This document shows positions 26,430 through 38,733 of a stretch of DNA of 64,000 nt, piece by piece (positions within the stretch are counted from its first letter, which is position 1; every line of letters begins with the position of its first letter). The position numbers were made by a program, and so were the translations under genes. The stretch comes from Mobula birostris. Taxonomy: Eukaryota. A model generated the notes under the pieces. It searched no databases, had not been told where the DNA came from, and worked only from the letters and a program-made list of their open reading frames with translations. The stretch lies in assembly GCF_030028105.1 (NCBI RefSeq), contig NC_092380.1, positions 56,603,717 through 56,667,716 on the forward strand. The letters are read 5' to 3'.

Positions 26430-26506
26430 CTGAAATTCATTTTAAAGTGTTAATTCAGGAAATGGAAATTCAGTAATACCAATGCTCTTCAATACACAAA
26501 CAATAC

Positions 26507-26629
26507 CTTGTTCAATCGCTCATCATCAGCTTCAATCCCAACACTATCAAGAATCTTCTTGATATCCTTTGAAGATGGGGCTTCATTTCCACCCAATACA
26601 GCAAGGAGGTAAGCCGCAATGTAACGCAT
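26507..26629 (-). CDS. RPLP2: RPLP2 (60S acidic ribosomal protein P2) exon 2, first coding exon
   Basis: ttttag|G ATG; MRYIAAYLLAVLGGNEAPSSKDIKKILDSVGIEADDERLNK, GTATTG donor; the spliced product is 111 aa. Confidence 0.97.
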
Positions 26630-26639
26630 CCTAAAAAAC

Positions 26640-27310
26640 AAATTCAAAGTAAGTGATCAAAAATGCACCCATAGACAAGCTTGAGAGTCATTTTTGTGGT
26701 CAATCACAGTAAATACAAGCAACACAAAAAAAAATCAATGATAAACCGCACCCAATTGGACAAACAACCAATGTTTGTCAACAATAAAGCATGCAAACAG
26801 AGGAAATAACAGATAATATATCAAGAACATGATATGAACACGACCCACATGCAGTGCGAGTTCACTGATGGGGTGAGCAAAGTTATCCCTTCTGGTTCAA
26901 GATCCTGATGGCTGAGAGATAATAACTATTGCTGAGGTTCTTTAATCTTCTTCCTGATAGGAGCCATTGACTCTCTCCACCTCTGATTCTCCCCGCTGCC
27001 CCCCCCCCCCAAAAAATGCGGACTGGCTTATGGACCTCTGGTTTCCTCCTGCTTAAGTCAATAACCATCTCTTTGGTCTTGCTGACATTGAGAAGTTGTT
27101 GTGGCACCACTCAGCCAGATTTTCAATCTTGCTAATATGTGCTGATTTGTCACCACCTTTGATTCAGCCAATGACAGTGGTGCCAATAAAGTTAAATATG
27201 GCGCCAATAAAGTTAAATATGGCTTGGAACTTAATCATAAGTATAAAGAGTCTAGCAGGGGGCTAAACACACCAGGCAGTTGTGGTGCATCTGTGCTGAT
27301 GGAGACTGTG
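26640..27310 (-). mobile_element. Rex1/Babar LINE fragment
   Basis: LNVSKTKEMVID..RKPEVHKPV and YYLSAIRILN remnants. Confidence 0.65.
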
Positions 27311-27794
27311 GAAGGAGCAATGTATTAGGATGAAGCTTAGTTTAATCTTTTGGCTTGTTGTAATATCAACATTTGCGCTACAAAAGCCAAAAATACACAA
27401 AATCTGCAGATGACATAACCCAGATTAGATTGCGTGCAAACCCTCGAACTTCTGCCTAGAAGATACCTGGAGAATATCCCTCCCATTCATGTGCCCACCC
27501 AAGCTTCAAAAACTGAAACCCCACCAACCATTTCTTGTATGAAGCTACTTGTATCTGGACTACTCAAGCCAATTGGTAATTACAAACTCACTGCCTTACA
27601 CTGGGCTTTCATTGCCACAGGCTCTCAGTATTGACAACATTTGACATTTCCCCAGTCAAGCAGCCCAGAACCAGGGTTCACCAATTCAAGGTGTCCGATG
27701 TTTAGTGACATTTCTTCACCCCAGCTTAGCAAATCTTTGAAATTCACTAAACAGAAAGGCTGGAGACTGTCACAATGTTTGTCACTTGAAGGTT

Positions 27795-28375
27795 CCTAAG
27801 GTTGTCAAGCCAAGGAGTGGTAGTGGGGACAAGCTCCCACTACCTAAAAGTGCTCCTCACAGCAGGCGACTCAAATAGCCTCTGGCAACCAAGTCCCAAC
27901 TCCTGGCCGTCTCATGTGGCTTAGCCTCTAAGCCTGGTGGAACTGTTTCTACTGACAGGAGAAGGGGCGAAGGTGGGTCCTGGCACCTTAAAACCAGTGC
28001 TTTGGGTAGATGGAGCTCATCAGCCTGGGAAGGCAGTCCATATAAGAGAGGAAAAACTCCGATTTTAAACCTCTGCTGCCTTGCAGCCATACCCACTCAT
28101 GGGAAAAGCTTCGGGAGTAAACCCCGAGGACAAATCCGGAGCTGGAGTCCCCAAGCCAGTCTGACATTGTCTTCAACCTCGTTCCAGCAACTCCTGTGAC
28201 AACACCGGTGCCAAGTTGTATCAGCCCTTGCCCTTCCCTTGGACAACATTAGTGGCATGGAGAGGGGAGACTTACTGCATGGGCAACTGCCGGTCTTCCA
28301 TAAAACCTTGCCCAGGCCTGCACCCTGGAAACCTTCCAGGCGCAGATCCATGGTCTCGCAAGACTAACAGATGCC
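27795..28375 (+). mobile_element. Probable RTE-derived element (5'-end-like)
   Basis: Discrete GC-richer block with retroelement-like phrases (gaaggcagtccatataagagaggaaaaactc); family judged from recall only. Confidence 0.4.
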
Positions 28376-29329
28376 ACCAGAGGAATAACAGATATATGGT
28401 TATTGCAGCAAAGAGGAATCTAAAGATCAACCTTAATCTTAATCAGTGCTAGCAAAATGGCCTAATTTGCTTCCATTATCCAAGCGCATTCCTTAAACTC
28501 ACCACCCCCCAGGGTTTAACAGCTCTTGTAACTTGGGTCAAATTCCATCCAATGGCAAACCTTATACAAAATGGTTACAATCCATCCAGTAAAAGAAGTG
28601 TCTCTCCCGTTTGAAAGCTTGAGAATGGCAGTGGAAACAATGTGTTTTGAATTTTTGTATCTTCAACAAAATATTTCAGCAGACATGGTGACCTTTGACC
28701 CAAGCCTTTCAAAAATCAACATTCAAAGCAACGCTGTCAAATTCTCAATCAGGCACTTATCCAAAGGAATGCAAGCCATCCCGTGTGCTCTGCTGCTGCC
28801 CAAAACAGCAACAAATTTGTTTAGGAAAACTCAGCAATTACACATTTTGCAAAACTTAAGACAATAGAGCAAACTATATATATATCAATCATCTAGCAAA
28901 AAGAGATGCCTGTCACCTCAAATATAAGGATTTTTAAGTCACGATCATATGAAAGGGTCCTGTGTAAAGAGGTAAAGCTTTGCTCAATGATTGGGAACGT
29001 CTGGAGTTATTTGACACAAGGAACCATGGTGGGTCAGATATCCACAACAAACTAGCGGTCTTAAAAGCAAGGTGGATAAATCGAAGCCTCAATAAAGAAT
29101 AACTTCATCATGCATATCTAAAGGTGTTCCTTAAATACCTCAAATCTTTTAAATAGACCATCCCACTGTAGAAGGTAAAAGAGGATGCCTGGCTTTTCAA
29201 ATCTTGATTTACTTTAACAAAAATAATTCCTGTTTAATAGCGCGAATTCAAAACAATCTCAACTGGAAAAAAACGACTTATTTGTTTGTTAACATTTTGT
29301 TATAATTAATCTCCTAATCCACTATTAAA

Positions 29330-30250
29330 AAAGGGGCAGTGGAAGGGACAACGGATAGTATTGGGACAAAAACCACGACAAGGGAAAAGCCCACCACCGC
29401 CCCATGGTCAGGCCTTCGTCGGCAGCACTAGTGAGGTGAGGTTGAAGGAGCCGCGACCGAGAACGCTGGTGTAGGGGTGGCCGGAGCTCTGGCTGACGGC
29501 CCGCAGTTACCGTTGATCCAGCGTCCCATCACCGAATGTCAGCCGACATCGTCAGGCCCGAGTAATAGTCGGGCCCCGAACCAGCCGCACGTGGGAGCGG
29601 TGAATGCAGGCGGAGGCTGCTTCCCTTCCCCCGCTCGCCGCCCGTCAATTCAGTGACTAGCAGTGGGGAGAAGGTCTTCTTCCCTGCCGAGAGGCGAATC
29701 CCGATCCGGCCGGCATCGTCCTCACTCCTCCCCCCCCCCCCCACCCACTCTCCCCTCACCAGCATGTCCGGGGCCCGCCGCTCCTTCAGCAGCCAGGCCC
29801 TGGTTAGGCCTCAGCTTTCCCCCCTTCAAAACCTTATCCTCCCCTGCGACACGGAGTGTGTGGAGCCTTCGGGTGCATGTCGGCGTCCAAGGGAAGGAGT
29901 ATGCTGCCTGAGAGCAAGCGCGGGTGCAGCGGGGCCAACTTACTTGGCAGGATAGGGGAAGCGCTCGCCTTTCCTCCGGCACACGCAGGGCGCTAAAAGA
30001 AAGAGCCTCGTCCTCGTTCACCCACATAAGGAGCATGCGTCAGCTGCTCGCCACGCTATTGGGCAGCCGGAGCCGGCCTTTGGCCAACCCCACTGCCGCC
30101 TGAGTAATCCTCTACGTGATTGGTTAGAAGTTTTTAAACTGCAGTTCGGGACGTTTGATGTCAAAGAGTTAGTTGGTGCTGTTGTCGTACAGAAGTTATA
30201 TGACATGATGTTTTACCGCAAAATGAATAAAACATTACCACCAGGTAAGA
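29330..30250. promoter_or_regulatory. CpG island / probable bidirectional promoter for RPLP2 (-) and PIDD1 (+)
   Basis: High CpG density; ATTGG boxes at 30058-30062 and 30119-30123; strong + strand donor CCAG|GTAAGA at 30244/30245. Confidence 0.65.
29944..30005 (-). other. RPLP2: RPLP2 non-coding exon 1 with 5'TOP motif
   Basis: Starts CTCTTTCTTTT (pyrimidine tract beginning with C, typical of ribosomal protein mRNAs) and ends CCAA|GTAAGT, inside a CpG island. Confidence 0.85.
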
Positions 30251-32299
30251 CTCTGAAACTCTTTACAATGTTGTATGTCTTTGAATCATATTAATTGCTA
30301 AGAACGTTACCTGTTGAATCCTACAGCTTCAGTGCACTCAAGAGCAGGGAAAATCACAGCCGCAGCTAATAAAGTCAAAAGTCGAGTTTATTGTCACACA
30401 CACAAGTATATGTATGCACAATTACAGTGAAACATGTATTTGCAGCAGCATCACGGGAACATGGCATTGGATTTGGCTTTCACAAGAAAAACATAAACAT
30501 TAAATTATTTTAAATTTTTATAAGAAAGAGCACGATTAGATCAAAGTGATTGCTATATTGAGGTAGTGATGAGGGTTTTGCAGGTTGGTTCAAGAAACAA
30601 AAGGTAAATAGTTGTTCTTGAATTTGACACACAGAAATAATGTAATGCCAATGAATTAGTGAAATAATAAACCACAATTCCCCTCCCCACACCCAACCCA
30701 AGAATCAACATTCTATTACTGTACGACTTTGTAGTGACAAGTTTATTTTACAGTTAAAAATCCTGATGGCCTTATAGAGTTCATTCTTTAGGAGCAAATA
30801 TTGGGAATTAATCGAGTGATCTACTAAGTGAAGAGCAAAAGGAGCTGTGGATGATGGAAGTAAAATTGGATAGACAACACACACCAGGTCAGGTAGTAAC
30901 AGTGGAAAGTGAGTCATGGGTCAATGGCCCTTCATCATAATCTCTGTTAGGTTTTTTTTTCGTGCAAATTGTCATGTCTATCACTGTGAATGTTTTAATT
31001 TAACACATTGAAGATTTCACAGATCGTACGACTAGACACTGCATAAAATGAGAAAAATTCTTCAGAGGCTGTCCGTCAGTGTCAAGGGTACATCACTAGA
31101 GTTCTGAGGGTTCCGAGGTGACCAATCAGTCCATTGCAGAATCTGCAGATTTTGCACAGGTGGGACAGGTGGAGCTTGGTGGCTGGATTGGACTTGTGCT
31201 TGGCCTCCATGTGCTCTTGATGGACGTACTCACATTGCTTTCAGCTAATTTTATGCTCCTCAGCCAATATAGGTATTCTTAAGCTTGGAACTCCCAGTGA
31301 CTAGAGAGGATCTGATGTCTGTTCTCAAAGATCACTTCTGTGACAAAGATTCTTGAAAGATTTACTGTCTATTCTCATAGATTTCTTGCTGTGTTAAAGT
31401 TTGATTTGGGCCACTAACGTCGACTGTGCAGGTAACATGGATTGACATTAAAACCACTTGAACATGGACAAATTCTTGATGTTAGGGATATTGGTTTATC
31501 TATCCTTACAATGAATCTGAATGATTTTACAGAAGCAGCATTTCTGATACATTTCTGGGTTATGAAATACTGACTGCAGGTTTCCATATATCTGATGTGT
31601 ATATGAGTGTGGGAGATCAGTATGGAGTTATAGACCATGAGTCTAGTGACAGGTTTGATGTTTTGGCCATCAGCAACTCCAAAGGGTGTGTTGGCACATT
31701 GAGGACAGTGGTGGATTTCATCACCTGTGTCTGGTCTTTCTGAAATATGGGAAATCATCCACTTTGTTCAAGATCCCTTCATGGATGTTAGCGATCAGGG
31801 TGAGAACATGTCAGTGAAAGAGGTTTTTTAGCATCAGAATCAGGTTTATGTGAAATTTGTTGTTTTGCAACAGTTCTACAGTACAATATGTCTAGAAATT
31901 TCTATACGTTACAAAATAAATATTCAAAAGATAAATAAACAATGCAGAAAGTGAGGTAATGTATATGAGGGCCATTCAGGAAGCTGATGATGGAGGGGAA
32001 GAGGCTGGTCTTCAAACACTGAGCGTACAGAGTAAACCTCCTCAGACTCAAGTACCTCCTCCTCGATGGTAGTAATGAGAAAAGGGCATGTCTGGGATGG
32101 GGAGAGTCTTTAATGATGGACGCCTGGGATTTTCAAACATTGGTGAATTTGGGCATGTATGTTCCAATAACGTTTGCAGAGCGAAAGTTTATGGTATGTA
32201 CAGTGAAATAAAAATGTCTATGTGTGTGTCAGTTTACGTGTCCAGTACGTTCTGAGATTACTTTATAAACCCGGACAGAGATTCCTCTGCCCCCAAAAA

Positions 32300-33330
32300 A
32301 ATGATCACAGATTTTTTTAAAATGATCGTTTTCCAGTCGAAGAATGCTAGCAAGTTATTTGCAAAGCCAGTGGTGCGGAAAGTTAAGCTTGATCTTTCGC
32401 GTTACCATCTGTCAGCTTGGACTAGGAAGTCCCAGTCGCTGGGCTCAGGTGTACGACGGATTAGATGGTTCATGACTGAAGCATTTTTGTAAGTTCGAAA
32501 CTAAATTTAATAAAATAGTGCAGAGCTTTCTTTACGTTAATAGTGTCGTCCGTTTATAGTGTTATCAGGTCCATACATTAGTAGTATTAGCACATCCCGT
32601 GTAGAAGGCACCTTTGTGTCCTCTTTGAAAGATACACTCTTAACAGAGAAAGGCGTCTGTCAGAGTTAGTGTATGTGACTTGAACAGGAAATGCAAAAGT
32701 GGTCGGGTCTATAGTGAGAACCAATTAGCCCTTTGCAGTGACGAGGGAGAAAGACTTCAGTAGCAAGGGTTTTGAAGCAAGAAATGTTGCGAAATCCTTA
32801 ACACCTAACATCACAATTCCGGGAAGTTGTAACAGCCTATCCTCGGAACGTAGCAACTCAGATAGTGTCGTGAGGCGGGAAGAATCTTCCCGACGGCGCT
32901 TTTTAGTAAAACCGGGCAAGAGCCGCCTTAAATCCAACGTCTCTTTAAACTCGTGGAAAACTTTTTGTTCAGTTGCCGGGGATCGCGCTGTGTCGCCCGT
33001 TCTTCCGGCGCGTTTGGATTTGTCAGTTTCATTTTGGCACTGTGCCTGTATGTGTGATCGGGAACAGTTTTTTTCTACTCTCATTTTCTTTCTTTCCACG
33101 GGCCAAATGCATAGTTTTCGTGAGGATATTCTTCGCAGATGCTGAACTGCGATCGTTTTATATTTTAATTTTGTATCAATCCATTATCAGGGTAGGTCGA
33201 TAAGACTTGGACCTCACAGTCTCGTGACACTTCCTGGACAAGAGCATTTTCTGGAGTTAATTTGAAGGAATTTCATCCACGCCTTTGTAAGATGAATGTT
33301 TTAGCTTCGTAGAATGTGATGACGTGTAGC
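32300..33330 (+). promoter_or_regulatory. Second CpG-retaining region, candidate PIDD1 promoter or enhancer
   Basis: Non-repetitive-looking and CpG-rich; TTCCGGGAA (32817-32825), GGCGGGAA (32874-32881), CCAAT at 32721, donor CAGG|GTAGGT at 33191/33192. Confidence 0.45.
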
Positions 33331-33359
33331 AATAATTTGCAATTAAATAGCTCCTTTAC

Positions 33360-33918
33360 AAAACAGGAGAAAGTCTGCAGATGCTGGAAATCCAAGCAAC
33401 ACACACAAAATGCTGAAGGAACTCAGCAGGTCAGGCAGCATCTATGGAAAAGAGTAAACATTTGATGTTTCGGGCAGAGGCCCTTCTTCGGAGCTGAGAA
33501 GAAAGGGGGAACATGCCAGAATAAAAAGCTGGAAGCCGAATAGCTGGGAAGTGATAGGTGAACCAGGTGGGTAAGAAAGGGCTGGAGATGAAGGAATCTG
33601 ATAGGAGAGGAGAATAGACTGTAGGAGAAAGGGAAGGAGCAGGGGACCCAGTGGAAATATGAGGCAGGTGAGAAGTCAGAGTGGGTAATAGAGAAGGTGG
33701 TGGGTGGTGGGATTTGTTTACCAAAAAGAAAAATCGATATTCCATCAGGTTGGAGGCACCAAGACCGAATATAAGGTGCTGCTCTTTATATTCATTGTGA
33801 CATGAGGAGGCCATGGACCGACGTGTCAGAATGGGAATCGGAATTCAAATGTTAGGCCTCCGGGAAGGCCTGCTTGTGACAGTTGAAGTGGAGGTGCTTG
33901 ACAAAGTAGTCCCCCAAT
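33360..33918 (-). mobile_element. Penelope-like element 3' fragment
   Basis: EQHLIFGLGASNL remnant, shared terminus, degenerate hammerhead near 33457-33495. Confidence 0.72.
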
Positions 33919-34989
33919 TTAATTCAGAGTTTCATGAAAATAAAACAATGCCTCGTCAGGGCTCCAAAAACTTCAGCATCTTAGGAGCACTATTGAAAGA
34001 AGATTGAGGATGTGAAGGGCAGGTGGTGAATGGAGAAAATGCAGGAGGTTTAGTGGCAACTTTGACCTGTGCATGTTCTTCACCCTATCAACACCATCTA
34101 CTGACTCAGCTCCCAACACCTTACCCCAGAGTTAAGAACAGAATGTGGGAAGGGCTAGTTAGACTCATCAGAGACAGAGTGCCAGTGAACATCTGCTCAG
34201 CTGGGATTCCGTCCTTGTTGTGAATGCCCACTGGAAGCCATGGGCCCAAACTTCCCACCTTCCCTGACTGACAAGAGGATGAAGTGGCCAGATCCATGCT
34301 GGAATAATGTTCACTTCGAAATAGGTAATACCCATACTGAAGTTTTAAAACCCAGTGGTAAAGTCCTTCAGTCACAAATCCACTTGTTGGAAGAGGAGAA
34401 TATAGCAGGAGATGTCAACAATGCTATAATTGTGATCAGCCTCACAAATGGAGAAAAGTTTATTTGTGATAACTAAGTAACATTGAACCTGCTGCCTAAC
34501 GCAGAGACAAGCATCACCAGAATAATCCTTAAACACCTCCTCTCGTGGTCAAGGATTTGCTCCATGATCCAACAAGTGAACTCCAACCATGGAGATGATT
34601 GTGCACATGATCTTCACCATGCAACAACATGCAGGGATTTGCTCCAATCACCACACATGCAACTTTTTGCCCTTGCTAAAGTCTCTGACAGCAACAATCA
34701 AGAGGCACTGTGAGCTATCATACTAAATGCAGGTGCTTGCATAAGTATGTCACCATTTGATATTTACTTCATGATAGTATGTAAGGCATAATTTGAACTT
34801 GTGTATCTACAACAGAGTCAATCATGGTGGAGACCAGCGCCAAGCAGAGTGCATTATTGCCCCAGCACTTTTTTTGCCAAGATATTATGCTTCACTTCCA
34901 CTAGGAACTAATGAGAAAATCTTCAGCCTAAGAGACTGTGCTAAAGAATTAAGGTCACAAAATTTCAACAGTTGAGCAGAATTATGCAG

Positions 34990-35683
34990 GTGATGTAGGT
35001 TGTGGACTACAGGAGGAGTGGAGACAGGCTAACCCCTATTGACGTCAATGGATCTGGGGTTGAGGGGGTGAACAGCTTTAAGTTCCTTGGCATAAACGTC
35101 ACCGAGGATCTCACGTGGTCTGTACATACCGCTGTGTGGTGAAGAAAGCACAACAGTGCCTCTTTCACCTCAGATGGTTGAAGAAGTTTGGAATGGGTCC
35201 CCAAATCCTAAGGAATTTCTACAGGGGCACAATTGGGAAGACTGGCTGCATCACTGCCTGGTGTGGGAACTGTACCTCCCTTAATCGCAGGACTCTGCAG
35301 AGAGTGGTGCGGACAGCCCAGCGCATCTGTAGATGTGAACTTCCCGCTATTCAGGACATTTTCAAAGACAGGTGCATAAAAAGGGCCCGAAGGATCATTG
35401 GGGACCCGAATCACCCCAACCTCAGACTGTTCAAGCTGCTACCATTGGGGAAACGGTACTGCAGCATAAAAGCCAGGACCAACAGGCTCCGGGACAGCTT
35501 CTTCCACCAGGCCATCCGACTAATTTATTTACACTGATACAATTGTATTTCTATGTTATATTGACTGTCCTGTTGTACATACTATTTATTACAAAGCACC
35601 ATAAATTGCACATTTAGACGGAGCCGTAATGTAAAGATATTTACTCATGTTTGCGAAAGATGTAAGAAATAAAGTCAATTCAA
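34990..35683 (+). mobile_element. Rex1/Babar LINE, 5'-truncated
   Basis: KKAQQCLFHLRWLKKFGM..FYRGTI..CITAWCGN..ARTNRLRDSFFHQAIRL; tail aataaagtcaattcaat. Confidence 0.85.
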
Positions 35684-36365
35684 TACATTTGTGCATGGCT
35701 GAGTGCTGAGACCTGTTCCGTAAAGCATACTAGAAGAAGATGGCCTTGCATTCAGCATCTGCAAGACCAGGTCCTTTGCCAATCTGCCCTCCCTGCACAG
35801 CACTTGCCCTCTGTCAATAAACGTTCGTGGCGAAACTGCTAGAAAGAAGACTACTTCCTATATTTTGGGAGGCACTCCATGACAAAGGCAGATAACAATG
35901 ATGAAATTGAACACCACCTTGCTTTTGGCATTTGAGGAGGAAGATATTTGAAAATCAAGACTTTGGGCCTGGTACAAGACCCATGAGCAGTAGTGATCCC
36001 TGCTTTCCTAATGCTTTGGAAGCCTATACTGCCTGCAGCAGATACCTGAAAGCAATCGAAAGATACTATCATCATTGTCACTGCAAAATTTGCTATATTC
36101 ATTAGAAAGATGAGCAAATCAATGTCAGTATCCTCCACCTGGTCAGCATCCTAATCTCGCACGGTAGCTTCTTTAGGTAGGCCATGCCATTTACCCATGC
36201 CTAACTCCCAGAACAGACAACCTATTCAGAGTTCTTTCATGGAAGATTACCGGGCAGAGTGAGGAAATTATTCAAGGATGTGCCAAAGCTTTGCTGAAGA
36301 AATACATCATCCTCATTGGCTCCTGGAAATCTCTTGCTTATGGTCACGAAAAGTGGAGAAGGAAG

Positions 36366-36961
36366 TGTCGTGGTTTCTCGTTTCTTACAAACAACAAGGA
36401 GACGCAGAAAATCCTTCAAGACGTTTTAAACTTTAATTTGCAAATCAAAGCTGAGACAATCAGAAAACTAGTAGCTGACTGCCCATCGAGGCTTGTACAC
36501 AGCATTCTTTATAGCAATCTCCTATCTTAGCTACATTATCATATCCAGACGGCCTGTGCTCACACATCATCAATACATCCGCTCTCGACCTTGCACTATT
36601 GTTTTACTCCCCAATTTAATTATGTCCTAGTTTACTTTTTAGACCAGGTGTCTCCTCATCCCTAACCACAGTTATTTCTTAATTAGTCTTGTTGTGACAT
36701 ACTACCACATATTTCATTACCTTACTCGCCACCGTTATCTTTCTACTTGGTTTCATTCTAGTTCTCTTCCTGAATTAATAGTGATTAGGTCAAAAGTCAT
36801 GGCTACATAGTGAATACCCTCTATTCAGCTAGCAGTGGTTACATAGTAAATATAGAAAATATAATGTGTGCATTTGAGTAAATACTGAAATACTGTTGAG
36901 TAAATATTGTAAATACTGTAATACATAGAAAATACAATGTATGCATTTACATTTTCCAATA
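36366..36961 (-). repeat. ERV 3' LTR (596 bp)
   Basis: Differs from 41516-42110 by 5 substitutions and one 1-bp indel on manual comparison; TATAAA and ATTAAA on the - strand; preceded by a purine tract AAAGGGGA (36966-36973). Confidence 0.95.
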
Positions 36962-37251
36962 TAAATCCCCTTTGAGACCCACAGGGTCTCGTACAGAGAG
37001 AGAGAGGACTGAGAGTCTATGCACAAAGGCTCAAATAAAGCCACGCATTTACTCCCAAATTTAGGTTAAACTATAGTTTCCTGCGCTTAAGACTCAAAGT
37101 GTTCTCTCCCTACCTCCCTAGGCTGCTGAGCCAAAAACCCGCCCCTTCGTATCTGAGACGGAAAAAGACTCAGGAGCCTTCACAGCCTAATTCCCACATA
37201 TTTCATCTCTCTCCTGTTCGTCTTGCATGTCTCGTAAACTGTACGAATACA

Positions 37252-38733
37252 TCATCGGTGCTTCTTTCTCGTAGGGCTCGACCCAATAAACTCCAGGAGC
37301 ATCGGAAACCGTTTCATTGCAGCACGCACTACAAGCGACTTGAGGCATGGAAGAAAACAGCACAGAATGACCGCACAGCTTAGCAATACAATACCAATGG
37401 TTACTGCAATCTTGGTCAGCCATGCTCCCCATCCCCCTAGTTTACTATTTAACCAGTCAAAGAACTGGTGTCCAAACCCTGCATTTTGTTTAACTTTCTT
37501 TCTTAGATTTTTCAGTTTATTCATTGCTCTGGTAAACGATCCCTCCAGACTGGTGTTATTCGGTATAAAAGTACAGCATTGTTCCCCAAACATTACACAA
37601 ACTCCTCCTTTCTCTGCCAATAGCCAGTCTAGTACCTGAATATTCTGCCACGCCACTCTACTGGTTGCATCTAGCTGCTGCCCCAAAACCTCTAGTGCAT
37701 CATCGGTGTAGTTAATGAATCTCTGTTGATTATAATATATATAATTTATCCATTCAACATTTTTACTAACCCCTTTCACAGGTATAAGTGCTTCCCAGCC
37801 CGCAGCAATCTCATTTCTTGCTTTAAACTCGTTAGGTATACCTCTCGGCTGTCCTATACTGTCAATTTGGACTGTTGGATCAAGTTCATATTTTCTCTTC
37901 CTTCGTCGCAGTATCTGCTGCTTCAGAGCGTCAAATTGTACTTCAGGGGATACTACAACTTCTTGAATCAGCATAACTCGTGTACATGTACTTGTCCAAC
38001 CGAGGGGGAGCATGGATCTCAGACCTCCCTCCTTCCCACAGAGCCACCAGGTATCTGCTAACGGGATGCTCTGGGCATCCAGTGCACCATCGGACGAAGG
38101 GGTACCTGTCTTGTATCTCTGGCCTGGGGTTACATCCCAAGTCTTAGCACAGTTACCACTGAAATGTCCAACCAAGAGATCACCCATCCATGTGAAACAT
38201 TCATAACTCAAATGCTCCTGCACTTTGAGCTTTCCCAATGTGGGTATCTGGCTTCTTTTATTCATAGCCCACGGTCTGCTGTAATTATAGTTAGAGGCAA
38301 GCTTGTTTTGATCATACTGCGAGGAAGCCTGGTATAACATACACCAATAAGGGCACATTGGTGTGTTATCAATACATTTCCGATAACAAGGATCTATCCC
38401 GCTACAAATTCCCATACTGCAGGTCTTGACTATACTTGGACACTGCTGCGCACACTGCCCCCTCCGCTCCTTTCACCATTGCGCGCAGGTGGAAGAGTTG
38501 TAAGGCATGGGGACTACATACTGTGCTGGATTTGCTCCTGAGCATACATAACAATTCTGTCTCTTCATCATCCCTGCTGTATAATTTGCCCATTGGTACT
38601 ATATGTTCTGATACCATGGTACGGAGGTAATCGTTGTGCTCCTCTTACTCCTTTCTCTCAGGTTTTGTGGGATCCTAACAGTCCCATGCCACATCTGCCA
38701 AATTAATGGTCTCCAAATCTGCACAAGAGTATC
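37252..38733 (-). pseudogene. env: ERV env (SU+TM) with two premature stops in N-terminal SU; the last 387 codons are open
   Basis: CYVC (CxxC) motif in SU; RRRKR furin site; IDSIGQPRGIPNEFKAR; ISD-like WQNIQVLDWLLAEKGG; CVMFGEQCC (CX6CC); hydrophobic anchor IAVTIGIVLLSCAVILCCFL; stops at 38599-38601 and 38473-38475. Confidence 0.92.

Noticed and set aside
27182-27222. 21-bp tandem duplication gccaataaagttaaatatgg
   Set aside because: Ordinary slippage duplication inside a dead Rex1 fragment
20764-29943. SNORA52-like H/ACA snoRNA expected in an RPLP2 intron, as in human
   Set aside because: I could not find the guide elements or a convincing H box/ACA hairpin pair by eye; an Infernal search with the Rfam SNORA52 model would settle it
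32084-32093. Perfect p53 half-site GGGCATGTCT
   Set aside because: Single half-site inside a Rex1-type LINE remnant with no adjacent partner
32725-33145. Overlapping 124-aa (-) and 135-aa (+) ORFs in the CpG-rich region
   Set aside because: No recognisable domain or exon structure; chance ORFs of this length are common
33950-36360. Old RTE-like LINE remnants flanking the Rex1 and the ERV
   Set aside because: Only faint similarity by eye; boundaries cannot be supported
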